From Pseudobacteriovorax sp. (lineage in GTDB: Bacteria; Bdellovibrionota_B; Oligoflexia; Oligoflexales; Oligoflexaceae), in the NCBI GenBank assembly GCA_050293845.1, contig JBNKNM010000005.1, forward strand, positions 13,417 to 77,416: DNA of 64,000 nucleotides. Direction: 5' to 3'. The first letter of the stretch is position 1, and the number at the start of each line of letters is the position of its first letter. The notes beneath the pieces were generated by a model. The model did not search any database and had not been told where the DNA came from. It worked only from the letters and a program-made list of their open reading frames with translations. Both the position numbers and the translations under genes were made by a program. Positions 1 to 10,032 of the stretch are shown here, in pieces.

Positions 1-4
1 ATAG

Positions 5-2851
5 CTAGGCTGACTTTGGCAAACTCTTTTTGGAACAAGGGTCCAATATGAACATACTAGCGGGTAATGTGAGTGAATATCGAAAAGGAACCGCTTCCTT
101 CACAGTGCTAACATTCTCAAGGAACTCAATAGATACTGTCCCACCATTTTTTTCCACATAAGAGCGTACGGCATCTAAGCCAACACCACGACCTGATATT
201 TCAGTCACCGTACTAACAGTGGAAAATCCAGGGGAAAAAATTAGCTCAGCAATTTTTTCAGGTTCTTGCTCTTGATCTGAAATCAGATTTTTTGTAACTC
301 CCATAGCTTTGAGTTTTTTTAGGTTTAATCCACATCCATCATCATTGAATTGTATCAATAGTCTTTCTTCTTCCATAATCAGTTGTAACCTGAGTTGACC
401 CATGATGGGCTTACCAAGTTTTTTTCTGATATCAGCTTTCTCTAATCCGTGATCTATAGCGTTTCTTATAAGATGAACAAAGACATTTTCAAGTAATATA
501 GCTGCCTGCTTTGTAAACAGGACTGGACAAGCTATAATCTCAACTTTGGGTGGGTGCTTTCCAAGCTCTTTTGCCAAAGCATCAGCCCGTAAAAATATTT
601 TTCCAAATAGTGTTTTGGTGTCTGAATAGTAAGCATAGTAGATAGTTTTTTCAAGATTTACATACTTTTCGCGCAATTCCTGAGGTAATTCCTTAAAAAG
701 GTTCAAACTTGATGTGATAGTTTCTAAAGAAAAAATTTCATTCACTCCCTGCTTGCGACCCAATTTTTCATTATTTAATTTTATATATTCATCTAATATG
801 TTACTGACGCATTTATTGTAATCCCATAAAATGGCCTGATTCCATTTTTCTTCTTTTTTTTGCAATGCAGCACAGTATGCTTCAGCCTGATGAATAGCAT
901 CCACCAAATCCTTGAAGCTGGCACTTCGTGCCAGACCTTTCATAGTATGGTAGTTGATAAAAATTTCATTTAGACTAAGTTCATCACTTTCCTTATGTTT
1001 AGCAATTAGTTCATGATTTGCTTTTATAAAACTTTGGCATTGGTTAAAAAATTGCAAACATGCATCTTGAGAAATTTCTAGGATTTCAGCAATGCGTATC
1101 ATTTCATTACGATGTATTTTAGTTTGATTCTCTAACGATCTCAGTTCAGTGACATCTCTTGCCACGACAAGAATTTTTTCTACAATGTCATCAGCATTCA
1201 CAATAGATTGCCAATCCAATGCAATAACTTTATCGTGTAATATAATTTCTCCGGGTAAATGAGGAGAATTGGTTGAAAAATTTATGGCATCCTCTCCAAG
1301 AGAACTTACCAAAGTAAACCGTATCCTATCAATGTCATCCTCTGAAAGATTGCTATCCCGAAACATCAAGTCTATAGGGTTTTTACCAGCTAGATCACGA
1401 TGTCCTGTAATGTTTTCCAAGCGTTTTGAATAGTGATCATCAATAGTTAGATTTGGTAAAATCGAAAAAATACCTTGTCCTATATGGGCCAGAATTGTTG
1501 AGATTTGTCTGGTTTTTTCTGCAACGAGCTTTTCAACTTGACCGACATATGCTTTTAGTGATGAATTCAATGATCTTAATTTATCTCCCATGGCTACCGA
1601 ATACAATATACCTTCAGTAACGAGCCCGATATCGATGGCATGTACGGTTAAATAATGTAAAGGCAGATAGCCTAGTGTCATGAGGATCGTTGTAGTAGCG
1701 CCAATAACCAATGGTAAGGCTGCTAAAGCAAATAATACGGCTTCCCGCTTTTTTTCGATGATTTGAATGGTTACAATGATTACAAGCATAACTACTAATA
1801 AAAGTAGAATATAATTGCGTAAGTCAGGAAAAAAATAAATGGGGATCATTAAAGCTATATCTACTTTAAATATAAAGTCACAAATGCGGTGTTCCCAGAG
1901 TCTGGTAAAATATCTTAAAAAGATAATATAAGAAAAGCACATCACTGTAGCCCCTAGACTTTGAATCTGAGTCGCGTAGATACCTAAGCCGTCAGAAACT
2001 AGGGTTGTAAGTACATTTTCGTTGGCAATGAATATTGATATTGAGCTTAAAAAGAAAACATAAGCTAAATAGGCGATGCTTCTAGACACTAGAAAAATAG
2101 CAAAATTATAAATAATAAGAGCAAGCATAGCTCCAAAATAGCCAGCCATAAACATGATATTTGATGATTTTTCTTTGAGAAAATTTTCTTCATCTAATAC
2201 TTGGAAGGACATTTTGCTACTTGCTTGGACGTATACGTCCAAATCATTAACAATCTGTATAGGTATTGCCCTTACATAACCAGATTCATATCTATCAAAT
2301 CGCAGCGATGGAAACATATTACCATCTACAACTGTTCTAATTATTTCTCCATTCTGCATGAGAAACAGTTTTGAATATTTACTAATATCATACTTTAAAT
2401 AAATTCTTTTAGGTTCACCGACATTTTTTAATCGTATATGGTAAACAACACTAGTAGCACTAACTCCCAGATTGATTGTAGATGTAACAGATCGGCTAAA
2501 TTTTTCATTACTATCATCAAGAAACTCTTCTAAAGGAGTGGCATTGATTTTTCTATTATACAAATCCCAATATTTCACCATATATGTTTTCATATCTTTG
2601 GCTGTAAGAGATAAATAATGATCATTATCAAAATTTTCCTGCCAGAATTGTTTTTGTTCCTTTTGGCTTAATATCACAGCATGGGGATCAATGGCGTAAG
2701 CTATATTTCCTGGCAGCGGATCATATCTTGAAAAATTTTCACCAATGATCATGGGACGTGGTGACTCTGCTTTCAACCTTGGCAGATACAAAAGTATAAA
2801 AAAAGCAGTAATAATTTGACTAAGATACTGAAATCTCACTATGGAACTCAA
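5..2851 (-). CDS. Membrane sensor kinase: 7TM-DISM-like sensor + Hpt + CheA-type HATPase domain, no CheW domain
   Basis: Signal-like N-terminus; about 7 TM block starting YFGAMLALIIYNFAIF; Hpt motif YHTMKGLA; N box HLIRNAIDHG; G1 DDGCG; F box IFSPGFST; G2 SGRGVGLD. TTG start uncertain. Confidence 0.8.
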   Translation of the reverse strand: MSSIVRFQYLSQIITAFFILLYLPRLKAESPRPMIIGENFSRYDPLPGNIAYAIDPHAVILSQKEQKQFWQENFDNDHYLSLTAKDMKTYMVKYWDLYNRKINATPLEEFLDDSNEKFSRSVTSTINLGVSATSVVYHIRLKNVGEPKRIYLKYDISKYSKLFLMQNGEIIRTVVDGNMFPSLRFDRYESGYVRAIPIQIVNDLDVYVQASSKMSFQVLDEENFLKEKSSNIMFMAGYFGAMLALIIYNFAIFLVSRSIAYLAYVFFLSSISIFIANENVLTTLVSDGLGIYATQIQSLGATVMCFSYIIFLRYFTRLWEHRICDFIFKVDIALMIPIYFFPDLRNYILLLLVVMLVIIVTIQIIEKKREAVLFALAALPLVIGATTTILMTLGYLPLHYLTVHAIDIGLVTEGILYSVAMGDKLRSLNSSLKAYVGQVEKLVAEKTRQISTILAHIGQGIFSILPNLTIDDHYSKRLENITGHRDLAGKNPIDLMFRDSNLSEDDIDRIRFTLVSSLGEDAINFSTNSPHLPGEIILHDKVIALDWQSIVNADDIVEKILVVARDVTELRSLENQTKIHRNEMIRIAEILEISQDACLQFFNQCQSFIKANHELIAKHKESDELSLNEIFINYHTMKGLARSASFKDLVDAIHQAEAYCAALQKKEEKWNQAILWDYNKCVSNILDEYIKLNNEKLGRKQGVNEIFSLETITSSLNLFKELPQELREKYVNLEKTIYYAYYSDTKTLFGKIFLRADALAKELGKHPPKVEIIACPVLFTKQAAILLENVFVHLIRNAIDHGLEKADIRKKLGKPIMGQLRLQLIMEEERLLIQFNDDGCGLNLKKLKAMGVTKNLISDQEQEPEKIAELIFSPGFSTVSTVTEISGRGVGLDAVRSYVEKNGGTVSIEFLENVSTVKEAVPFRYSLTLPASMFILDPCSKKSLPKSA

Positions 2852-2987
2852 ATTTTTATAAGTACAAGGAATCTAAGGATAATCTACAGCTCTATTGTAC
2901 CATAGCTTGGTTTTGCATCACTACAAGGCTTATTAGGAACTTTTTACAGATGTGATATTAGTGACCAAATGATATTCGTAGAGCCCT

Positions 2988-3866
2988 TCATTTTTTTGTG
3001 GTAGATACCGTCTTGACTTCGATATCAGTTTCGTAGAGCTTCCAGTTTAAGTATGAGAGAATATCAGGAATAACGTTATGATTAGGTTCATGAACAAAAA
3101 AATATATTTTTATACCTCGCTGACGCCAAAGTGTTAGTTTTTTGATCCAATTACGGATCCTAGACTCATCTTTTCCAGAATTAAAATAGGCTAAAAACCG
3201 AATCATCACGTAAGGCTGAGTTAAGGATAAATGCACCGCATCACGTCGCCCAGGAGTATCGGAAATTACAGTGGATTTACCGTGTTTATAAAGCAGATTA
3301 ATCACATGATCATGAAGCATATGATTAGTAAACCAGCTAGGATGCCTAAATTCAAAGGCAATGTTGAGACTTTTAGGAAGCTTTTCTAGTAAAATCAGCA
3401 AATCGTCAGAATAGTTCCTAGAAAACGTTTCTGGTAATTGAATAAAAGGTAGACCTGCATGATCACCCAAATGTTCTAGCATACGAAGAAAGTTTAAAAT
3501 TTCATTATCGTATGAACGTTTCCTGAGGTGCGCTGAAACTAATTGAGACATTTTTACACAAAAATGAAACTCATTAGGGACTACTCGCAGCCATTCTTCG
3601 ATCTGTGCTTTACCTGGAATACTATAGAAACTCGCATTAAACTCGATAGTATTATACATTTTACTGTAGTGAAACAGATAATCCCTAGGCTTGGTTCCTA
3701 GGGGATAGACCTTTTCCACCCATCCCGGACACCCCCACAGGGGAGCACCGGTTCGGATGAACCCACTTTGCCCCCAAGCAATATTGAGAAATCGGGAGGT
3801 TCGTCTTTGGTCGGGAGGTAAAGTTAAGTCTAGTCCTGAAAAGGAATCAACACGCCCAAAATGCAT
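2988..3866 (-). CDS. DUF72 (YecE-like) protein
   Basis: Motifs YSKMYNTIEFNASFY, FCVKM, FIQLP, AFEFRHPSW, YFFVH are typical of DUF72. Confidence 0.85.
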   Translation of the reverse strand: MHFGRVDSFSGLDLTLPPDQRRTSRFLNIAWGQSGFIRTGAPLWGCPGWVEKVYPLGTKPRDYLFHYSKMYNTIEFNASFYSIPGKAQIEEWLRVVPNEFHFCVKMSQLVSAHLRKRSYDNEILNFLRMLEHLGDHAGLPFIQLPETFSRNYSDDLLILLEKLPKSLNIAFEFRHPSWFTNHMLHDHVINLLYKHGKSTVISDTPGRRDAVHLSLTQPYVMIRFLAYFNSGKDESRIRNWIKKLTLWRQRGIKIYFFVHEPNHNVIPDILSYLNWKLYETDIEVKTVSTTKK

Positions 3867-3941
3867 CCTATGGCTCTACACAAAAAACAGCAAAAGGGAC
3901 TCAAAACTAGTTTCCAACCTCAGCATCAAAACAGGCTATCC

Positions 3942-5096
3942 TCATTGGACGTCTAATGCTTGCTTCAAATCCAAAATCAAGTCATCAGCCGACTCTATAC
4001 CAATGGAGAGCCGTAACAGATTTGGTCCAATACCAAGCTGCTGACGCATTTCAGGAGGGACCGAAGCATGGGTCATTTTTTCGGGATGATTCACCAATGA
4101 CTCTACTCCCCCCAGGCTTTCAGCTAGTTCAAAAAGCTTCAAGTTCTTCAAGAATCTAAGCACATCGCTATAATCACCTTTCATATTGAAGCTCAGCATA
4201 CCCCCAAATCCTCGCATCTGCTCTTTCGCTAGATGATGATGACTGTGGCTTTCCAGCCCTGGGTAGAACACATCCTCAACCTTATTATGGCCTTGTAAAA
4301 AATGCGCTACATCCATAGCATTATTACAGTGTCGATCCATACGTACAGCTAGGGTTTTGATACTCCTGAGCAACAAGAATGCTTCAAAAGGTCCAGGAAC
4401 AGCACCTGCCGCGAATTGGATATACTTGACCTTCTCATACAATTCCTCATCAGCAGTCATTACTGCCCCTCCGATAATGTCGGAATGACCGCCAATATAC
4501 TTCGTGGTGCTATGCATCACAATATCAGCTCCCAGGGAGAGAGGTGCCTGCAATAAAGGGGAAGCAAAGGTGTTATCTACGACCAGCAAGGCCCCCGCTT
4601 GCTTTGAAATTTTGGATATAGCGGCGATATCGATGACTTTCAGCAACGGATTAGTTGGTGTTTCTACCCAAATCATTTGCGTTTGGGAACTGATCGCATC
4701 TTGCACCGTGGCAAGATTGGTCATATCAATGAATTTAAAACTAAGATTGTATTTGCCATAAAGGGTACGGAATAAGCGTCCAGTACCCCCATAGACATCA
4801 TCGCAGACTAATATTTCAGCTCCCGGTTCAAGGACCTGAATAATAGCCTGCTCCGCAGCCAAACCAGAAGAAAAGGCGAGGCCATACTTGGTACTCTCCA
4901 GAGCCGCTAATGAGTCTTCTAAGGCGTCTCGTGTGGGATTTCCAGCCCGCGAGTAATCCCAGCCTTGATGCTCACCAGGAGCTTGCTGCACATAAGTTGA
5001 AGTTTGAAAAATCGGAGTCATGATCGCCCCTGTGTGGGGTTCCGGCTCTACTCCTGCGTGCACAACTTTCGTAAAATCCGTTGGGTTTATGGACAT
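3942..5096 (-). CDS. metB: PLP-dependent cystathionine gamma-synthase/gamma-lyase (MetB/MccB family)
   Basis: PIFQTSTY, YSRAGNPT, ETPTNP, DNTF, PLP-lysine motif HSTTKYIGGHSD, AESLGGVESL. Synthase versus lyase cannot be resolved by eye. Confidence 0.85.
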   Translation of the reverse strand: MSINPTDFTKVVHAGVEPEPHTGAIMTPIFQTSTYVQQAPGEHQGWDYSRAGNPTRDALEDSLAALESTKYGLAFSSGLAAEQAIIQVLEPGAEILVCDDVYGGTGRLFRTLYGKYNLSFKFIDMTNLATVQDAISSQTQMIWVETPTNPLLKVIDIAAISKISKQAGALLVVDNTFASPLLQAPLSLGADIVMHSTTKYIGGHSDIIGGAVMTADEELYEKVKYIQFAAGAVPGPFEAFLLLRSIKTLAVRMDRHCNNAMDVAHFLQGHNKVEDVFYPGLESHSHHHLAKEQMRGFGGMLSFNMKGDYSDVLRFLKNLKLFELAESLGGVESLVNHPEKMTHASVPPEMRQQLGIGPNLLRLSIGIESADDLILDLKQALDVQ

Positions 5097-5110
5097 GGCC
5101 TGGCCTTCTA

Positions 5111-5434
5111 CTAGGGGTTATTGCTGTCAAAAACAGGTTTCAACTGATCTTTACGATGCATTTCCATGACAATATCGCAGCCACCAACAAACTTTCCTTT
5201 GACATAAAGCTGAGGAATTGTAGGCCAGTTCGTGAAACTTTTAATGCCCTCTCTTAGATCCCAATCATCTAAGACATTGCGCGACCCATAAGTTACGCCA
5301 TACTGGTTTAATACGTTCACAACCTGGGCTGAAAAGCCGCACATAGGCTCTTCAGGTGTTCCCTTCATGAACAAAAAGACATCATTATTTTCAATATCTT
5401 GCTTAATAGTTGCTAGAGCTTCAGATTCTCCCAC
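5111..5434 (-). CDS. grxD: Monothiol glutaredoxin (Grx4 family)
   Basis: FMKGTP...PMCGFS, WPTIPQLY, GGCDI; GTG start with AGGAG SD. Confidence 0.95.
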   Translation of the reverse strand: MGESEALATIKQDIENNDVFLFMKGTPEEPMCGFSAQVVNVLNQYGVTYGSRNVLDDWDLREGIKSFTNWPTIPQLYVKGKFVGGCDIVMEMHRKDQLKPVFDSNNP

Positions 5435-5534
5435 GATGCTCTCCTCTATTCATTGTTGTTAGAATACGGGTTAATCCCGACTGAATTGGTCAACTTACTT
5501 CCTAAATGGCAGCGAAGCAAGCAACTTTGTAAGG

Positions 5535-6599
5535 TTAGTGTGGCCGGTTTGCTGTCACTAAATCCTTGAACCCTGCCACAGCATCCTCGACAAGAATCTC
5601 AGTCATACAGCGAAAGTGCTTTAAAGGACAAACCTGGGGACCATGATCGCTGCAAGGCCGACAAGGCAGTTTGTCAAGGTCGCGTTCCAGCACGATAGAT
5701 CCGGGGGCTAAGGGCCCGAATCCCATGGCTTTTACCGTTGCCCCAAAGATAGCCAGGGTGGGCACACGGAATGCCGAAGCATAGTGTATAGGTGAGCTGT
5801 CATTAGCGACAAGGTAATCCAGACTGGCGTAGATAGCGGGTAGATCATTAAGGCTAGTCCTCCCACATAGATCTACTATCTCCTTAGCACCGTTATTGTC
5901 CCGTACAATAATGTTGGCAAACTTTCTTTCTTCCGGACTTCCTAAGAGAAACACAAGGTACCCCTCTGCAAGCAGCCAGCGTACCAACTGCCCGTAATTT
6001 TCAGCAGACCAGCGCTTGGTGCCCCACACGCTACCAGGAGATACCCCCACATGTTTTCTTTGGGTTTTGGTCTCCTGATAGAGAGGCTCCCCATAATAGC
6101 TCATTGTGGGTGCTGCCGCACAAATTTCCTTACGGCTAATCCCCAAAGGCTCCAGGAGTAGCCCTTGTCTTTGGCATTCATGGAGCACCGCCACTCGTGG
6201 TACACTCACCTGAGAAAGCAGAGATAAAGAAGCCTCTTCGTAGGAGATAATGAATCCCCCCAGGTAGTTCGCCAGAAGTGTGGATCGTATGCTCTTATGC
6301 ACTTGCAAAATAATTGGCTGATGAATTCCTAATTGTTTGAGCTCCCTTTTCACAGCTCTGGCTGCTGTAAAAAAAGATTTCGCCCTTTTATCGAAGACAA
6401 TTACATCATCAAGGTAACTTTGCTCCCTTAATGCTTTCTGACCCACAGGAGTGGTCACCAAAATCTGACGACATTTTGGGTAATGCTTTTTAAGAAGTGA
6501 GAAAGCCCCAGTATTAATAATTATATCGCCTAAAAAACTTGTTTGAATCCACACAACCTGATGTGGTGCTCCCCTACGGCCTGTCAAGAATTTTTTCAT
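5535..6599 (-). CDS. waaF: Glycosyltransferase family 9, LPS heptosyltransferase II-like
   Basis: FLGDII, PGSVWGTKRW, NDSSPIHYASA, IFGAT, CRPCSDHG..CP..HF.CM; gmhA is nearby. Confidence 0.8.
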   Translation of the reverse strand: MKKFLTGRRGAPHQVVWIQTSFLGDIIINTGAFSLLKKHYPKCRQILVTTPVGQKALREQSYLDDVIVFDKRAKSFFTAARAVKRELKQLGIHQPIILQVHKSIRSTLLANYLGGFIISYEEASLSLLSQVSVPRVAVLHECQRQGLLLEPLGISRKEICAAAPTMSYYGEPLYQETKTQRKHVGVSPGSVWGTKRWSAENYGQLVRWLLAEGYLVFLLGSPEERKFANIIVRDNNGAKEIVDLCGRTSLNDLPAIYASLDYLVANDSSPIHYASAFRVPTLAIFGATVKAMGFGPLAPGSIVLERDLDKLPCRPCSDHGPQVCPLKHFRCMTEILVEDAVAGFKDLVTANRPH

Positions 6600-7047
6600 A
6601 AACTAAAGCATGCTCCCCATCAGAGTAATAGTGATAACGGCGAGATACGTTTTTAAACCCGTAGGATTCGTAAAACGACTTAGCAGCTAAGTTGGACTCT
6701 TTCACCTCTAAGAACAGTTTTTGAACTCCTTCACGTTGTGCGGCCATGGCAAGATAGTGGTCCATTAGCTGCTTACCACCTCCGCAGCGGCGAAGCTTTG
6801 GGAGCACATATACAAAAAGAATTTCGCTTATGTCAAATATCCATGACACAAACATTATTCCCTGCAATTCTGAGCATGCTGCCGACTTCAGTAGCCATAT
6901 AGACACATCTTGATGGGATCGAGTATCAAGGATTTGCTCAACACTCCAAAATTCCCTATTTACCAGCCAAGAATGGGACAGTTCTTCTAAGCTATCGCGA
7001 TCTTGATCTTGGTAAGTCTCTATCAAATATGCTGCTGTCTGCTTCAT
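6574..7047 (-). CDS. rimI: GNAT N-acetyltransferase, RimI-like
   Basis: V.P..RR.G.GK.L acetyl-CoA motif, LEVKESNLAAKSFYESYGF, RR..YYSDGEHAL. Confidence 0.75.
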   Translation of the reverse strand: MKQTAAYLIETYQDQDRDSLEELSHSWLVNREFWSVEQILDTRSHQDVSIWLLKSAACSELQGIMFVSWIFDISEILFVYVLPKLRRCGGGKQLMDHYLAMAAQREGVQKLFLEVKESNLAAKSFYESYGFKNVSRRYHYYSDGEHALVYEKILDRP

Positions 7048-7676
7048 GGTAAGGGCATTGGCTTTTGGTAATTGTTGGCACCATCGAAAAATCGATAAGG
7101 AGTACTACCCATGAGACGCTCAAACCACAAGGCATTTTTTTCCACCTTATATTTCCAGGTTTTTTGGCTATCGCTAAATGATTTATTTTTGAGGAACCGC
7201 TGCACCTTGAGTACGATGGCTAGCTGCAGCTTTATCTCCCGCACTGCTATCCTTTGAGCAGTTACAATATTTTTAAGTTTCTGATTACGATCGATATTTC
7301 TTTTAACGATACGATAGGCTTCGGCCACCATACTGCCGTTGGGAATAAAGGATGAATAACGGTCCGAATCGGAATCAATATGGTGATTTATGATCATCTC
7401 AGAAAGGTATATATTTTTGAGTTGATCCCAGTTTTTAGAGTGGGGCAATTGGGGATCGATATGTTCGCGAAAAAACAAAGCTTCTGTAGCCAAACTCCAT
7501 ATTATAAAATCACGGTGCGTGTATATCGCCTTGTCAACATCAAGAAGATTTCTATTAACTAAATTTGCCATCGCCTCTGTGCTTTGCACTGCTAGGCTTA
7601 AAAAAAATAGTATAACAAAACTCCTAAGCAAGAAAAGCCTCCATCGCGTATGAGAACTATCAAGGGAAAACCCCAA
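7044..7676 (-). CDS. Hypothetical exported protein, possibly SurA N-terminal-like
   Basis: 210 aa ORF with signal-like hydrophobic N-terminus; 4-nt overlap with rimI. Confidence 0.55.
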   Translation of the reverse strand: MGFSLDSSHTRWRLFLLRSFVILFFLSLAVQSTEAMANLVNRNLLDVDKAIYTHRDFIIWSLATEALFFREHIDPQLPHSKNWDQLKNIYLSEMIINHHIDSDSDRYSSFIPNGSMVAEAYRIVKRNIDRNQKLKNIVTAQRIAVREIKLQLAIVLKVQRFLKNKSFSDSQKTWKYKVEKNALWFERLMGSTPYRFFDGANNYQKPMPLP

Positions 7677-7797
7677 TTTTATATATCCTACCTAAAATTT
7701 TTAGCTAAAATATCCAAAAGAAACCGCCATCTTGAACTTTTTATGGCCTCAAAAGCAAAATTTTCACTATAGATTGCAAACTTCTCTCTACTAATCC

Positions 7798-7826
7798 TTG
7801 ACATTAAAGTGGATGCTTGTAAACCT
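7798..7826 (+). promoter_or_regulatory. Possible sigma70 promoter of hup
   Basis: Perfect TTGACA at 7798-7803, but only a weak -10 (TAAACC/AAACCT) 16-17 nt downstream. Confidence 0.35.
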
Positions 7827-7878
7827 TTACCAGCGTACCCTTAATAACAAATAATTTGTTGATTCATTGGAGGTTCCT

Positions 7879-8151
7879 ATGAACAAGGCCGAGTTGGTCG
7901 AAGCTATGGCAAAGATCACTAGTGCAACAAAAGCAGATACGGAAAAATCGCTCGATGCTTTTATCGAAGTAGTTACCAAAAACATTAAGAAAAAAGACGG
8001 CGTAAAGCTAGTCGGTTTTGGTACGTTTTCTGTATCTGACCGCAAAGCGCGCATGGGCCGTAATCCACAGACTGGAGAAGAAATTCAGATACCGGCGCGC
8101 AAAGTACCTGTTTTCAGACCAGGAAAAGAGCTGAAGGAAGCCGTAAAGTAG
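7879..8151 (+). CDS. hup: HU family DNA-binding protein
   Basis: MNKAELV, LVGFGTF, RKARMGRNPQTGEEIQIPA, PVFRPGKELKEAV; GGAGG SD before ATG 7879. Confidence 0.97.
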   Translation: MNKAELVEAMAKITSATKADTEKSLDAFIEVVTKNIKKKDGVKLVGFGTFSVSDRKARMGRNPQTGEEIQIPARKVPVFRPGKELKEAVK

Positions 8152-8159
8152 TTAGAGCT

Positions 8160-8185
8160 CCCCCAGCTTTCCCGGGGGTTTTGTT
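8160..8185 (+). terminator. Probable intrinsic terminator after hup
   Basis: CCCCC...GGGGG stem followed by TTTTGTT, between convergent genes. Confidence 0.5.
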
Positions 8186-8186
8186 A

Positions 8187-8531
8187 CTATCCTGGAGGCC
8201 AAGTAAGCCCTCGCCCACCAAGAACGTGAGCATGGATGTGATCCACAGTTTGCTGACCATCTTTTCCGTGGTTGTAGACGATTCTGTATCCGTCTTGCTC
8301 CAACCCTAACAGATCGGCAACCTGGGATACTCGCTTAAAGTATTCGCCGATATACTGCACATCTTCGTGGCGTAGGTCCGCAAAGCTCTTGATCGGTTTT
8401 TTAGGAATGACTAAGACATGGACTGGTGCTTGAGGGTTAATATCTTTAAATGCCAGAACAAACTCGTCTTCAAAAACAACCTCTACTGGAATTTCCCGTT
8501 TTAAAATTTTATCAAAAATGGTCTCTGCCAT
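8187..8531 (-). CDS. hinT: Histidine triad nucleotide-binding protein (HinT-like)
   Basis: TIFDKI, FKDINPQAPVHVLVIPK, HIT motif HIHAHVLGGR, WPPG end. Confidence 0.95.
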   Translation of the reverse strand: MAETIFDKILKREIPVEVVFEDEFVLAFKDINPQAPVHVLVIPKKPIKSFADLRHEDVQYIGEYFKRVSQVADLLGLEQDGYRIVYNHGKDGQQTVDHIHAHVLGGRGLTWPPG

Positions 8532-8534
8532 AGT

Positions 8535-9125
8535 TCACCCCGCGTAGGATTCATTGAACAAACGACGCTCTACTAATTCGATGAGAATATGAATAACCTT
8601 GATATGCAACTCCTGCACCCTATCAGCAAAGCGCCCACCAGGAGTGCAAATTTCAATATCCGCCCATTGACCCAAGGGGCTTCCCTGTTTCCCTGTTAGG
8701 GCTATAACCTTCACGTCCCCTTGTTTTGCAGCCTTAGCACCCTCGATTACATTCTTGCTCGTGCCACTGGTACTAATAGCTAACAAAACATCACCAGCTC
8801 GGCCATGGGCTTCCATGAATCTTGAAAAGATTTTATCAAAACCAAAATCGTTACCAACACAACTGATATGGGCTCCATCAGCTATAGCTATGGCCCCCAA
8901 AGCTGCCCGATCCCTACGATAACGCCCAGAAAGCTCTTCTGCAAAGTGCATAGCATCACACATAGACCCGCCATTTCCACAGGAGTAAACATGCCCGCGA
9001 CTTTGAAAACACTCTGCTAACAACTCTCCCGCAGCCGCAACACTTTTTAAAGTCTCTTCATTACAGAGCAAGTTATTGAGCGCTTCTTGCGCCTCAGATA
9101 GACTATTTTGTATATACTCTAACAT
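8535..9125 (-). CDS. gmhA: Phosphoheptose isomerase (SIS domain)
   Basis: CGNGGSMCDAMHFAEEL, NDFGF, AISTSGTS, DRVQELH. Confidence 0.93.
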   Translation of the reverse strand: MLEYIQNSLSEAQEALNNLLCNEETLKSVAAAGELLAECFQSRGHVYSCGNGGSMCDAMHFAEELSGRYRRDRAALGAIAIADGAHISCVGNDFGFDKIFSRFMEAHGRAGDVLLAISTSGTSKNVIEGAKAAKQGDVKVIALTGKQGSPLGQWADIEICTPGGRFADRVQELHIKVIHILIELVERRLFNESYAG

Positions 9126-9208
9126 TTTATTCCTTTTCTGAAATGTTCGCGTTACGCTAAATTAATTTATAGTGCATGACCAATCTATAGAACAGCTAGG
9201 AATTTTTT

Positions 9209-9883
9209 ATGGCCAGATCACATGTAGCGATTATTGACCCCGGTTGCCGCGTGGCAGAGTTGGATTCGTTTAATCGTCTGCAAGACCTAACTACCTCAAA
9301 ATTAACTTACCATCTACCTTGTATATTTGGCATGGATTCACTGTATCAGCTGGAGCATGAGATTCATGGCGTGATCATTTTTGGTAGTGGTGCATCGGTG
9401 CACGATAGCATAGACTGGCTAAAAAATTTAACCTCTTGGATTGAGTCCCAAATAGATCGCTATACCCCCATGTTAGGACTCTGCTTCGGCCACCAGCTGC
9501 TAGCCCATATGCTTGGCAGCAAAGTAGCATTTGTCAATTCTGATAAATCCAAGCTTTGCGGTCTTAGAAAAATATCGTTTCTCGATCGCAATGGCTTTTG
9601 GCAAAGTCAAAAAAGCGGGCTTTTTATTGTATCCCATCGGGAAACTGTAACTGAGTTAAGCCCCTCTTGTGAAGTCTTTGCCACCAGTGAGGAAATCGCA
9701 ATCGATGGATTTAGGCATAAAAATCGACCTATTTGGGGTATGCAGTGTCACCCAGAGGCAGGGCTCGGCTTTATTGAAAATCAAAAACTAGATATTCCTA
9801 TTCACCAATCCAGTTTTTATTCAGGCCAACAATTTTTACGTGGATTCTTCAAATTGATTGAGCAAAAAACAAAGGAAGAATAA
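9209..9883 (+). CDS. Stand-alone class I glutamine amidotransferase
   Basis: Nucleophile motif GLCFGHQ and His-Pro-Glu triad QCHPE. Confidence 0.85.
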   Translation: MARSHVAIIDPGCRVAELDSFNRLQDLTTSKLTYHLPCIFGMDSLYQLEHEIHGVIIFGSGASVHDSIDWLKNLTSWIESQIDRYTPMLGLCFGHQLLAHMLGSKVAFVNSDKSKLCGLRKISFLDRNGFWQSQKSGLFIVSHRETVTELSPSCEVFATSEEIAIDGFRHKNRPIWGMQCHPEAGLGFIENQKLDIPIHQSSFYSGQQFLRGFFKLIEQKTKEE

Positions 9884-9953
9884 AAAAAATTGGTTTAAAA
9901 AAATTTTTATGATCTAATTTCAGCTAGTTATACCTTAAATGGGAAGTTCTTGC

Positions 9954-9980
9954 TCAACTCCCTTTCTAACCTGTCGATTT
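9954..9980 (+). promoter_or_regulatory. sigma28 (FliA)-like promoter of flagellin
   Basis: TCAA-N15-GTCGATTT versus consensus TAAA-N15-GCCGATAA, about 50 nt upstream of the flagellin ATG. Confidence 0.65.
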
Positions 9981-10032
9981 GTTGCACATCACATGATGTG
10001 CTAACAAAAATTTATTATGACAGGAGGTCTGA

